Part shown: positions 40,182 through 49,527 of the stretch, piece after piece
Position numbering within the stretch: the first letter of the stretch is position 1
Layout: each line of letters opens with the position of its first letter
DNA from: a virus
Direction: 5' to 3' (one strand)
Length of the DNA: 64,000 bases
IMG/VR virus record: IMGVR_UViG_3300020452_000548
Coordinates: 16,545 to 80,544 of that record
Notes under the pieces: generated by a model
What the model saw: the letters and a program-made list of their open reading frames with translations, nothing else
The model's database searches: none
Told to the model about the DNA's origin: nothing
Position numbers and translations under genes: made by a program

Positions 40182-41521
40182 GGCAAGCCACTCCACTTGT
40201 CGTCTGAGTTACCAAATCCATCAAATTGGGCAACATCGTTAGTGTCGGCAGGTGGGGGCGGAGATACGATTGAGCGTAGCGGTAGTGCATACACATTCAA
40301 TCCATCCATGTTGTAGTTAATATCTCCAGAATCACGGCTAATCCATGTCCTTGTTTGAATAACGCACCATACCCTTGAGCCTTGTTGGTAGTCATGCCAA
40401 CCATCTTCCTTCTTTACCTTGTGAGCATGATGGTCATTCACATGAGTAGCATTGAGATTTACCCATACGCCTGAGTTAGATGGATCTTCCCTTCTCAAGC
40501 TTTGATTAGTCAGAACGATAGGATGCCTTGCACCACCTTCTGCATACTCATCGGGCTTACCATCAGAATTGATGTAATCTACTTCACCCATAACGGCAAA
40601 TATCGGGCCAATTTCTCCACCGTTGTTCATGGTGATTTTATTCTCGGCTGAATCGTGGTAATTCATGTAGTCCTCAAGAGGGCATACAGGAACGAATTGA
40701 GCTATGTATTGGTCGGGTTGGAACATAGCGTTGGCCTTAGACAACGATTCTTCTGGAACCCAATCAAGACCATAGTTAGGGTCAAGGTTGCGAGCTTCTA
40801 AGATTCTTTCTTCTGTACCCCATGATGTTGCTTCTTCTGCTCTAAAGCTGATTGGGACATTCATCACTAGCTTAACATTTGCCGCATCAAAGGCACACTC
40901 CAATATGACTGGAGCTTGTGGGCCTTCGGATAGAAACTTGTCAATGGTATTACCGGAGAACACCCATCGTGCCTTCCAAAGATATGCAATCTTTGGCTTA
41001 CGATCTTGCTTCAATAGACAAATGTTAGCCACGCCACTATTGATTGGTATAACCCAATTCGGTGGGTTCTCTTGCGTTCCGGGTTCAGTATGCAATCTGT
41101 TATCAGTCGCATCAACGGCAACCCAATTGCCGTTATCGAAATAAACACGGCCAATGGGGATATTCTTATCGTTATTCACGATACCATACTTGAGAACATT
41201 ATCCATGTTGATTTCAGCTGCATCAACGGCATTCTGCCTTTGCCTTCTCATGTTGTCTTGCCTACCTAAGTATCCGATAATCATACCAACTTGTGTTTCA
41301 CCTGAGCCACTACCGCCACCTGCTCTCCTTGCTGATGCTGCGTAGTATTGCTTGAATACATCCAATTTGTCGTCTTTGTCCCAGTTATCTAATGATTCGC
41401 CCTGTGCGACCCATAAATCGGATAGAGCTGTTTTCAGCCATTCCGTAAATGCTGTTTCAACCTCATCCTTAGACAATCCTCTTTCTTTTGCTGTTGCTTT
41501 CAATTCCTGTGCGTATGTCAT
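40178..41521 (-). CDS. Probable ssDNA-binding (RPA/OB-fold-like) protein
   Basis: Next to the recombinase-like ATPase and nuclease; beta-rich with an acidic C-terminal tail; no decisive motif. Confidence 0.4.
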   Translation of the reverse strand: MTYAQELKATAKERGLSKDEVETAFTEWLKTALSDLWVAQGESLDNWDKDDKLDVFKQYYAASARRAGGGSGSGETQVGMIIGYLGRQDNMRRQRQNAVDAAEINMDNVLKYGIVNNDKNIPIGRVYFDNGNWVAVDATDNRLHTEPGTQENPPNWVIPINSGVANICLLKQDRKPKIAYLWKARWVFSGNTIDKFLSEGPQAPVILECAFDAANVKLVMNVPISFRAEEATSWGTEERILEARNLDPNYGLDWVPEESLSKANAMFQPDQYIAQFVPVCPLEDYMNYHDSAENKITMNNGGEIGPIFAVMGEVDYINSDGKPDEYAEGGARHPIVLTNQSLRREDPSNSGVWVNLNATHVNDHHAHKVKKEDGWHDYQQGSRVWCVIQTRTWISRDSGDINYNMDGLNVYALPLRSIVSPPPPADTNDVAQFDGFGNSDDKWSGLP

Positions 41522-41573
41522 TCTCTTCTCTCTCCAATTACTGTTCGGGGAATCTTCGGATAGTCATACAATA

Positions 41574-41586
41574 CTTAACATCTCAC
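41574..41586 (-). promoter_or_regulatory. Conserved promoter-like motif GTGAGATGTTAAG
   Basis: Exact copies at 49871 and 55851, all upstream of - strand genes. Confidence 0.7.
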
Positions 41587-41946
41587 ACCCAATAGCTGTT
41601 CTAGGTGTGATATTGTAGCTACAACTTCATCATGCGTTGTTGGCTGTGTAATTTCTCCATTAGTAACTCTAACCATTTCTATACCATAAGAAGTAGGAGA
41701 TAAATCTTCAATACCATCTATGGCCTCAAGTAGTAATGATATTTCATCGGGCTTAGAATACGACCCTCTTGCTTCCACACCGATGTTATCTAAAGCTCGA
41801 AGAATACTTTTGTTAGTCCTATTGAACCATAATTCTGGTCTGATTATGTATCCACAGCTAATCTCTTTGGTTATCTGACACTTGATACCACCACGAAGAT
41901 TGGTCGCCAACACAATCAAATCTTTGATTTCTGGTGTTAGCTCCAT
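41575..41946 (-). CDS. Hypothetical protein, weak LAGLIDADG-fold resemblance
   Basis: GGIKCQI.K....GY.IRPEL.F...N..IL pattern; canonical acidic residues absent. Confidence 0.4.
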   Translation of the reverse strand: MELTPEIKDLIVLATNLRGGIKCQITKEISCGYIIRPELWFNRTNKSILRALDNIGVEARGSYSKPDEISLLLEAIDGIEDLSPTSYGIEMVRVTNGEITQPTTHDEVVATISHLEQLLGVRC

Positions 41947-43367
41947 CCAATTTCCTCCACACCTATTACATCTGAAATGCCCGATGATGGACTTCCTTTG
42001 ACTATATTACCTGATATGTATGGGCCGTAATCACCCCACCCCGCAGCATCAACAGCTACTTCAACAAAGCATGGAACATCAACTCTAATGTTCTCCCCTT
42101 CTTGCATCTTGTAAGTGGATTCTATGTGTCTCTTGATGTATTTTGTAGCTTCAGCATTTGATTCTAGCTCGCCAAGAGGATAGTACCCTAATCCATCTCT
42201 TGCAGATACAGTCCAGACGGGATAAGGTGCAGATCCAGTCTGAAGCTGAACCACCTTACCATTAGTCACTCTCAAAACTCTTGGCTTTTTCTCAGCTCTA
42301 ATCAGAACCAACTCATCGGATGTATTCTCATAAGACAATATCCCCCTCGCATTTCTTAGCACTACCGGGTTCTTTTCAGATAACTCAACAACCGATAATG
42401 GATCATCTAATTCAGTAAGAACCTTGATTGCCCATCGTGCTATTGTTTCTTTAACCCACTTCCTACGAGATTCAAATGACATTTTCGTATCATCGGGCGT
42501 GAGCCAATCAACAATCAACAACGGATTATCTCTCATCTCAGCATAATCGCACAGGTAAATCCCGTTTGGTATGTTAGCACCCTGCGCCCAACCTCTCAAT
42601 GTAGTGGGGGCTTCCGGCAACTCGCCACCCGATGCCGTGAATCCCAAACATTGGTTGTCATTGATATGTATAGTTACCCACGCACCTTCAGCATTTTCAA
42701 CAAAACATTTGGTGAATTGGATTGAGGCGGGGTCATCAACAAAGGTCGGAGATGGAATCACCAAAGGCCAACCGTTTCTGGGCCTAATTACTTCATACTC
42801 AAAAGCCCCACCCGATAACAACATGGCCGTTTTCTTCAAACCAGTTAGGTTGATTGATGAACGAATATGATGGAATCTCTCTCCATTAGCCTTAGCAAGC
42901 CCAGAAATAATATCACGCCTCTTTGCAGGGCCACCCCTAACACTTAACCTATGCAAAAACACCTTCATATCTCGACTGTTGAGTTTGAAGAATAATGGAT
43001 GAAGAAGCTTAGACCTTGTTTCATTGTCTATGTTTGGTTTCAATATGCCTTCTATGCGAGTATAAGCAGATAACATAGACATATCCGTAACTTCGCTTTC
43101 ACAAAGCTGACTGAGCAACACCAATGGATCTGGACTATCCTCAACCTCAGATGGGAATGCACCAGTCAGCAGGTAATACATCTCACGAAAATCCTCATCA
43201 GACAATCTAAACTCAGAAGCTGGAGAATAGAAGAAAAAGGCCACAGGCCATTGATTGCTTGATGCGGCAATTAAATTGTTAGCAATTAAATCTGAACGGT
43301 TTCGAGCTTTAGTCAAGACTCTCCATGTTTCTGCGATAGCTCGGTATGATAGCATCGTAATCACCAA
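41937..43367 (-). CDS. ATP-dependent DNA ligase-like protein, apparently catalytically inactive
   Basis: Helical N-terminal domain, then VENAEGAWVTIH where ExKxDGxRxQxH is expected, plus YLCD, IVDWL...FESRR, VVLRN...Y and an OB-like C-terminus (FVEV). Confidence 0.6.
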   Translation of the reverse strand: MVITMLSYRAIAETWRVLTKARNRSDLIANNLIAASSNQWPVAFFFYSPASEFRLSDEDFREMYYLLTGAFPSEVEDSPDPLVLLSQLCESEVTDMSMLSAYTRIEGILKPNIDNETRSKLLHPLFFKLNSRDMKVFLHRLSVRGGPAKRRDIISGLAKANGERFHHIRSSINLTGLKKTAMLLSGGAFEYEVIRPRNGWPLVIPSPTFVDDPASIQFTKCFVENAEGAWVTIHINDNQCLGFTASGGELPEAPTTLRGWAQGANIPNGIYLCDYAEMRDNPLLIVDWLTPDDTKMSFESRRKWVKETIARWAIKVLTELDDPLSVVELSEKNPVVLRNARGILSYENTSDELVLIRAEKKPRVLRVTNGKVVQLQTGSAPYPVWTVSARDGLGYYPLGELESNAEATKYIKRHIESTYKMQEGENIRVDVPCFVEVAVDAAGWGDYGPYISGNIVKGSPSSGISDVIGVEEIGWS

Positions 43368-44830
43368 TAATCAGACAGTCTAATCTGCCCCAATCTAAAT
43401 CCACTTGCGATAGATGCGACTCTATTTGGAATTAAAGCTGCAAACTCTTCATTCAATTCGCAGATAACTGCATTTCTATTGTGTAGTATTGCGACACCTG
43501 CTGTTGTTCCCGAACCCCCAAACGGATCCAAAACAACTGAAGAAATGACTGGATGTTCATCAAGAGGCATATCGCTCTTGTATATCTGCATAATCTTGAT
43601 TCTATCTTTTGTTTTGTTTTCTATGATTCTCTTCTTTACATCACTTGCAGGTTGAGCCATTGAAGATTCGTAATCCTTCTGATTATCTCCAAAGTACTCT
43701 CCCTTTGTAGTAACGCCCCATGTCGTTTTAGCCACCTGTGCAGGTGTCATCTCAGCAGGGATTACTACTTCTTCCATCACTAACTCACCAAAGCATTCAC
43801 AACTTGGTTGCCAATCATTTCCTATTCTTGTATATGGTGAGCCACATTCGCCACAGCAACCGTGAGCTGATGTTGAAGCTAACACGCATGGTTCAATCAG
43901 CTCTGGTGGAAATACTGCGAAGTGTGCGCCTTTGTATGGCTTGGTAGTAACAGTCCATACTGAACGCTTGTTTCTACCACTACCATTTGATACCCATTCA
44001 TCACCACCAATCCCACCAGATACTGCTTGATGGTCTGCACCACCCTGCCTACTTCTGAAGCTATTGCCTGAACGACCACCACCATCTCTTTCTTTGATTG
44101 CTACATGATCGTAGTAATACTTCTTGTTCTTAGTGAGTAGGAATATGTATTCATGGGATTTAGTAGGTCTATCTTTAACACTCTCAGGCATGGGATTAGG
44201 CTTATTCCAAATAACATCTGAACGCAGATACCAACCATCAGCTCGTAATGCGAAAGCAAGCATCCAAGGTATTCCAATCAAGTCTTTTGGCTTGATTTCA
44301 TCGTGAGTCCTATCTGTTGGCCTTGTCTTGCCCTTACCGCCTGTTGCATTATGATGAGCTTTGTTCAGACTGTCTGTTCTCGCAGCTTGGACTTCTGCAT
44401 CTTTCATACCGCTACGACCTTTACCGCCCCAGTATGAATCACCTATGTTCAGCCATAAGCTACCTGTTGGCTTCAGCTTCTTTCTTACCAGTCTAAACAC
44501 TTCGACCAAGTTTTCTATGAATTGCTCAGGCGTATCTTCCAAACCTATTTGCTCATCAATCCGTGTAGCACCGCATTTTAGACAGGCGTTTGATTTACCG
44601 CCTCTATGAGCCACTTCGGGTCTGAGAACATTCTTACCCCTCTTAGGATCATTCCATTTGGTATCCATAGATACTGTATGCTCGCAGTTAGGGTCGCCCC
44701 CTTCCCATTCAGCCGTTCCGTAATCTCGAAGGCCGTAATATGGCGGAGATGTTATGCAAGTATCAATGGACTCATCCTCTAATTCATGTAATGAATCGAG
44801 GCAGTTACCTAATAGCAACCTGTAGCTCAC
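43361..44830 (-). CDS. Beta-class amino (N4-C/N6-A) DNA methyltransferase
   Basis: ITSPPYY near the N-terminus, HFAVFP, VLDPFGGSGTT near the C-terminus; Cys-rich insertions. Confidence 0.92.
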   Translation of the reverse strand: MSYRLLLGNCLDSLHELEDESIDTCITSPPYYGLRDYGTAEWEGGDPNCEHTVSMDTKWNDPKRGKNVLRPEVAHRGGKSNACLKCGATRIDEQIGLEDTPEQFIENLVEVFRLVRKKLKPTGSLWLNIGDSYWGGKGRSGMKDAEVQAARTDSLNKAHHNATGGKGKTRPTDRTHDEIKPKDLIGIPWMLAFALRADGWYLRSDVIWNKPNPMPESVKDRPTKSHEYIFLLTKNKKYYYDHVAIKERDGGGRSGNSFRSRQGGADHQAVSGGIGGDEWVSNGSGRNKRSVWTVTTKPYKGAHFAVFPPELIEPCVLASTSAHGCCGECGSPYTRIGNDWQPSCECFGELVMEEVVIPAEMTPAQVAKTTWGVTTKGEYFGDNQKDYESSMAQPASDVKKRIIENKTKDRIKIMQIYKSDMPLDEHPVISSVVLDPFGGSGTTAGVAILHNRNAVICELNEEFAALIPNRVASIASGFRLGQIRLSDYW

Positions 44831-46368
44831 TCAGACCCCCCTAAGAAATCAAGAAGCGATGGTTGTTTGATTCTCTTCATAGTCAAATCCTCAGTTATTT
44901 CGTATTCACCCGAATGAGCTATCCTTGCCCGTGCGATTTTCACATAATTCTCATCCATCTCTATACCAATGAAGCTGAATCCTTCCAAGTTTGCAGCTAT
45001 CCCGGTTGTCCCACTACCCATGAATGGGTCAAGTGTGATGCCGTTTGGTGGTGTAACAAGCCTACACAAATATCTCATCAAATCTACTGGTTTGACTGTG
45101 GGGTGGGTATTCTTTCTCAGAATGCCCCCTCTATTACGAGGATTGTTAGCTCCATCCTTTGATGTATCTTCTCTATCACTAACATTCTGAGCTTCAAAAT
45201 TATCCAACCCTGCTTCTTTCTCTTTACCCGATGGTTTGGCGCAATAGAAGAATCGAGATGCACCGCCTTCATCGCCAATCTGGAATGTATGTCTTTCTTG
45301 TTGAACGCCATAGGTATTGAATTGCCCGCCTTTAGCTATTGAATCCATATCTCCTGATTTCAAATGCCCGCTTTGCTCATCAAGAGCCTCGCCCGCTTCT
45401 TCATCAAGAATCACATTTGAGGGGAATCTACCTTGTTTTGGTTGATAGAAGAATCGAGATGCACCACCCAATCCGTCAAAGACACCGTTTGAATCACCTT
45501 CATTCTTTGATGAGGTACTCCATGAATTACCTGTTCCGCCTGATGTTGTTGTCTTTCTTGTAGCACTCATCATGTTGCCTACATTTGGTGCTTGCTCGTC
45601 AAGAATCTCGCCAGCTTCCTTATCCATAATTACATTCGCAGGGAAGCGACCTTTACCTATGTCTTGAACACCGAAATTGCCCCCATGTAATTTGTTTCTT
45701 TCTTTACCTGCATTTGAGCCATCAATTCGTGAAGTGCCACCTTCTGCACCAATTCGGCAACCATCAATGTTTATCCCACCAGTCCCATGCTCAAGCACAT
45801 TCTCAATTACTGTGCCGTCAATAGGCTTACGAGCTACTACAACAGGCTCATGAGCTGGTTTGAGAGCTGTCCCCCAACCTTCCCATTCTTTCGCTTTGGG
45901 TGATGTGGCTTTAGTAATATCATACTCGCCACCCATTTCACTTGAACCGCCTGTACTCATATTGTAAGATGTTAGATGTGTTTCTGGTGAGCCACTACGA
46001 CCTATCCCAATTACTTCTGATTCTACACCTTCGGCCTTGTCTATCGCCTTGCTGATGTTCAATGACTTTGGGAATCCGCTACCATAAATCCACATGATTT
46101 GATCACGAATCTCAAACCCCGCATCCTCGACATTGACAGCTAACCTATGATATGTCCTTGAACCTGCAAATGCGAGAAGATGACCTCCGGGCTTGAGAAC
46201 CCTAAGAGCTTCTTTCCAGATTTCAACTGAAGGCACATCATAATCCCATTGTTTGCCCATAAAGCTGAGTCCGTATGGTGGATCGGTCACAATTGAATCA
46301 ACCGAATTATCCGCCATTTCCCTCATCGCTACTAAACAATCATTACAAATTAACTGACTTGATACCAT
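44827..46368 (-). CDS. Beta-class N6-adenine/N4-cytosine DNA methyltransferase
   Basis: VTDPPYG, HPTVKP, LDPFMGSGTTG. Confidence 0.92.
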   Translation of the reverse strand: MVSSQLICNDCLVAMREMADNSVDSIVTDPPYGLSFMGKQWDYDVPSVEIWKEALRVLKPGGHLLAFAGSRTYHRLAVNVEDAGFEIRDQIMWIYGSGFPKSLNISKAIDKAEGVESEVIGIGRSGSPETHLTSYNMSTGGSSEMGGEYDITKATSPKAKEWEGWGTALKPAHEPVVVARKPIDGTVIENVLEHGTGGINIDGCRIGAEGGTSRIDGSNAGKERNKLHGGNFGVQDIGKGRFPANVIMDKEAGEILDEQAPNVGNMMSATRKTTTSGGTGNSWSTSSKNEGDSNGVFDGLGGASRFFYQPKQGRFPSNVILDEEAGEALDEQSGHLKSGDMDSIAKGGQFNTYGVQQERHTFQIGDEGGASRFFYCAKPSGKEKEAGLDNFEAQNVSDREDTSKDGANNPRNRGGILRKNTHPTVKPVDLMRYLCRLVTPPNGITLDPFMGSGTTGIAANLEGFSFIGIEMDENYVKIARARIAHSGEYEITEDLTMKRIKQPSLLDFLGGSE

Positions 46369-46379
46369 ACATTTTCACC

Positions 46380-48086
46380 TCAAAAGTCAAAGATAGATTT
46401 CTGCTCAACACGCACAGGCTCTTGTCTATCCTCAAGGCCATCCAAGATACCATCAACAGCTTCGATGCCCATAGCAATCCATCTCATGACTGGAACGGCC
46501 ATTGAATTGCCGAGAGCTTTGTATCTCACACCATCAGGGCATTCCTCAGCAGGTTTGCCCCGCCATGGTATCTGCGTGTAGTTATCTGGGAATCCCTGCA
46601 ATCTCTCACATTCAATAGGTGTTAAACGCCTAACTACATGATGTGCTTGCGTGGCCTTTGAAACAAGTGTTTCAGAACCACCGCCCTGCGCCCCACCGGA
46701 TGCCCTAACAGTACCCGCAACATCTGATTCCTTGTATTCTGTTTTCTTGCCGAACCCAGATGCAACTGCTGATTCATCTTCTGCAACCAATGGAACATTA
46801 CCTCTATCTGCATTTGCAGCTAATGTGGGAGCTACACCCTCAAGCTCATCGTGCCTTGAGGTCATGAAATGGTTATCGAAAAGCTTCCGTTCCTCAGTTT
46901 GGAATACTGAATGATTACCTGCCGTGTCTAATGTAGGGCATGGGTCGCCCTCTTTACCTATGCCAAGACCATTCTGAGCTTTGGTTCTCGTAGTCTTATC
47001 ATGAATCGGGATTGCCGATGTTTCTGATACCAATGGAAGGTTGTTGCCCCCTGTTCCAGCTCTTGCTGTGATAGTAGGGCTTACATCAACCTCAGATACT
47101 CTTGAGTCTGTTCCATGATTCTCATACACCTTCTGCGTTATACCCATGAAATTGCCCTTATCAGGCATGGTTTGGTCTATGGATCGTGTAGTCAAGGTGC
47201 TTGTCTTGTCTGTTCCATCCCAAAACTCACCGATTATCTGACGCTCAATACCTGCTCTCTCTCCTGTGCCTTTACCGTATGAGGCATCAAGAGTATTACT
47301 TACAGGGCCATGTAGTGGTTCTTGATTAGATGTAGCTACAGCTTGACCTTGACCGCCAGCTCGAAGTGTTGGGAATACATCTTCTGATGGTTGGGCATCC
47401 AATCCTTGAGTATGAGAAAAACCAATCATTCCTCTTCCGTCTGACTGTTTTGAGTCCTCTCTTTCAATGCCCTCTCCAATAAAGGAGGCAAGACTTTGCC
47501 CCGCCTCTTCGCCCGGCGGAGGATTCCCGAACAAGCTCTCTCGCTCAAATAATACCGAGAAGGGACTTCGCCAATCTCCTGAAGAATGTCCGACAACGAA
47601 GAGTCGCCTCCGTCTTTGGGGGACTCCGAAGTACTGAGAGTCCAAAACTCGGTAGGCGAACCCATACCCGCATTTTGCCACTTCCCCAAGGAAGGCCGCA
47701 AAATCCCTTCCTCCGTCAGACGACAGTAATCCGGGGACATTTTCAAAGATGAACCACGCTGGTTTAATTGCCTTAACAGCCCCAAGGAAGTGGAGAGCCA
47801 AGTTACCCCTTGGGTCATCCATTCCAAGTCGCTTACCCGCAACGGAGAAGGATTGGCATGGGCTTCCTCCGACAACGAGATCTGCTTTTCCTTCGTACTC
47901 ACTCCAATCCACCTTCGTTACATCGCCTCTATCAGGCACATCGGGGTAATGATGTGCAAGAACCTCTTTTGGAAACTTATCAAAGTCGCTGAATGCGACA
48001 GGCTTCCAACCAAGCTCATGCCAAGCAACCGTAGCTGCCTCAATACCACTAAACATACTGACATATCTAATCTCACTCTTCCTCAT
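46380..48086 (-). CDS. C5-cytosine DNA methyltransferase (alpha chain) with a long multi-module variable region
   Basis: FSGIE, GGSPCQSFS, ENVPG, QRRRR, RRLTPIECERLQGFPD, YKALGNS. Confidence 0.95.
   Translation of the reverse strand: MRKSEIRYVSMFSGIEAATVAWHELGWKPVAFSDFDKFPKEVLAHHYPDVPDRGDVTKVDWSEYEGKADLVVGGSPCQSFSVAGKRLGMDDPRGNLALHFLGAVKAIKPAWFIFENVPGLLSSDGGRDFAAFLGEVAKCGYGFAYRVLDSQYFGVPQRRRRLFVVGHSSGDWRSPFSVLFERESLFGNPPPGEEAGQSLASFIGEGIEREDSKQSDGRGMIGFSHTQGLDAQPSEDVFPTLRAGGQGQAVATSNQEPLHGPVSNTLDASYGKGTGERAGIERQIIGEFWDGTDKTSTLTTRSIDQTMPDKGNFMGITQKVYENHGTDSRVSEVDVSPTITARAGTGGNNLPLVSETSAIPIHDKTTRTKAQNGLGIGKEGDPCPTLDTAGNHSVFQTEERKLFDNHFMTSRHDELEGVAPTLAANADRGNVPLVAEDESAVASGFGKKTEYKESDVAGTVRASGGAQGGGSETLVSKATQAHHVVRRLTPIECERLQGFPDNYTQIPWRGKPAEECPDGVRYKALGNSMAVPVMRWIAMGIEAVDGILDGLEDRQEPVRVEQKSIFDF
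47426..47902 (-). CDS. Nested alternative-frame ORF resembling the M.EcoHK31I-type beta subunit
   Basis: 158-aa ORF inside the C5 MTase gene, same strand, different frame: LKMSPD...WQNAGM...EFWT...E.P......LSDIL...YYLS.....ILRRAKRRGK.LP. Confidence 0.7.
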   Translation of the reverse strand: MSTKEKQISLSEEAHANPSPLRVSDLEWMTQGVTWLSTSLGLLRQLNQRGSSLKMSPDYCRLTEEGILRPSLGKWQNAGMGSPTEFWTLSTSESPKDGGDSSLSDILQEIGEVPSRYYLSERACSGILRRAKRRGKVLPPLLERALKERTQNSQTEEE

Positions 48087-48486
48087 TCATCCACCCCGAT
48101 ACCAAGCCGTCATACAGGGGTTCAACATCATCGTAATTATCTCCACCACATACCTTGATGATTATCTCTTTGCATTCCGGTTTCTTCCACCATGCACCTT
48201 CTTTACCAGCTCTCCATACAGTTAGTGGCCTACCAAGTATTTGTAATGCAATATCATTCATATCAGATATTGAGATAGGGTTGCCCGATATTGATAATAC
48301 AATATAGCAACAATCAAAACATAGACTGGTGGGTGTTCTACCTGCTAATCTTCTGGTCTTATTCCATAGCTCGCAAGATAAATCCGCAATACCTGTGTAA
48401 TGTTCTTCGGGAGCTGTTGCATCACACACCCTGTTGATAATTGATTCATGGAAATCAATAAACTCACCAATGCTATTCCACTTCAT
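48073..48486 (-). CDS. TFB/TFIIB cyclin-repeat-like protein
   Basis: LAGRTPTSLCFDCCYIVLSISGNPISISDM resembles the TFIIB repeat GRxPxxxAAAxxYI...G..xxxxEI. Likely start is the ATG at 48486. Confidence 0.5.
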   Translation of the reverse strand: MKWNSIGEFIDFHESIINRVCDATAPEEHYTGIADLSCELWNKTRRLAGRTPTSLCFDCCYIVLSISGNPISISDMNDIALQILGRPLTVWRAGKEGAWWKKPECKEIIIKVCGGDNYDDVEPLYDGLVSGWMNEEE

Positions 48487-48760
48487 CCCATTCACCCCCA
48501 TCTGGATCCCAAGCTGAATCATCCTCTATCAAATCAATAAGAGCATCACGGAGCTTGCGAGCTTCAGCACGATTCAGAAACATACCTATCTTTGTGTATC
48601 CAGTATGCCCTGTTTGACTAGGCATAACCCTGTTCATCCTTAGATTGAGGACTCTATCACCATAAGCATTGGATGTGACTATGTGCAGCTCTTGGCCGAC
48701 ATGACATGATGCCTCTATGACCTCATGCACCTTGCTTTGGTAATCGTGTTGCTTCCTCAT
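48473..48760 (-). CDS. PC4/YdbC-like ssDNA-binding protein
   Basis: YGDRVLNLR...TKIGMFLNRAEARKL pattern. Confidence 0.55.
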   Translation of the reverse strand: MRKQHDYQSKVHEVIEASCHVGQELHIVTSNAYGDRVLNLRMNRVMPSQTGHTGYTKIGMFLNRAEARKLRDALIDLIEDDSAWDPDGGEWDEVE

Positions 48761-49281
48761 TCTTCCTCATTCCTACTTACTCTATTCTTCTTTAGTTTGG
48801 TAGCGGTGTCATCAATGACGACCCAATGCCCTACCCAGTCCTTGCTAAATCCCTTCTCTCCGCAACAAGGGCAGTTTTGATTCTCCATTTTGAAATAATA
48901 TTTACCCGGTTCGAAAGGTTCAGCCCTAATGATAGCACCACAGTTAGCCTCACAAACAGCTACATCGCCAATCCTATCATCCGGCCATTCTTCTACGGTT
49001 TCTCCAGACCAATCAAAAGCTCTCTCTATGTTAGTAATTATGTACCAATTGAGAATGGTTGCAGCTTGTATGACCCAATCATGAGTATCAAATGCAGTAT
49101 TACCAAAGGCATCAGGCGTTGGTCTTGAGAAGTATAGCTCGGTCAATGTCAAGCTCTCATCGGTTGTTTTGGTATATATCCCAACATTAGGTAATTGCCA
49201 TTTACCCCCGACTCTCAATGACGACCATAGACGATCACACCAAGCTAACTGCTCATTACTAATTTCTGCATCCTCACTCAT
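48757..49281 (-). CDS. Hypothetical protein with a C-terminal Zn ribbon
   Basis: CEANC...CPCC; coupled to neighbours. Confidence 0.6.
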   Translation of the reverse strand: MSEDAEISNEQLAWCDRLWSSLRVGGKWQLPNVGIYTKTTDESLTLTELYFSRPTPDAFGNTAFDTHDWVIQAATILNWYIITNIERAFDWSGETVEEWPDDRIGDVAVCEANCGAIIRAEPFEPGKYYFKMENQNCPCCGEKGFSKDWVGHWVVIDDTATKLKKNRVSRNEEE

Positions 49282-49429
49282 TGAACACCCACCTCCTACA
49301 AACTGGGCATTGAATCGTGGGTCTGTATTCTTTATTCAGAATGTCAAACTTAGGTGGATAAGTGGTCATATACATTGTTCGGCCCTGCGGGTCACGACAA
49401 TTATTGGGGCATACAACATCAGTCATCAT
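49274..49429 (-). CDS. Zn-finger microprotein (51 aa, not in ORF track)
   Basis: MMTDVVCPNNC...QCPVCRRWVFNE; overlaps both neighbours. Confidence 0.65.
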   Translation of the reverse strand: MMTDVVCPNNCRDPQGRTMYMTTYPPKFDILNKEYRPTIQCPVCRRWVFNE

Positions 49430-49527
49430 ATCAGCCTCAATATAGCACCACATAATCTACAATCACTTTCGGACAAAGGAAGATTCGCAAACTTTGTGTC
49501 GCACGAATCGCAATAAGCATCGGTCAT
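49426..49527 (-). CDS. Zn-finger microprotein (33 aa, not in ORF track)
   Basis: MTDAYCDSC...DCRLCGAILRLI; ATGA overlaps at both ends. Confidence 0.65.
   Translation of the reverse strand: MTDAYCDSCDTKFANLPLSESDCRLCGAILRLI

Noticed and set aside
41575-41946. Mobile homing endonuclease
   Set aside because: Only a faint LAGLIDADG-like pattern, with no catalytic motif and no intron or intein context.
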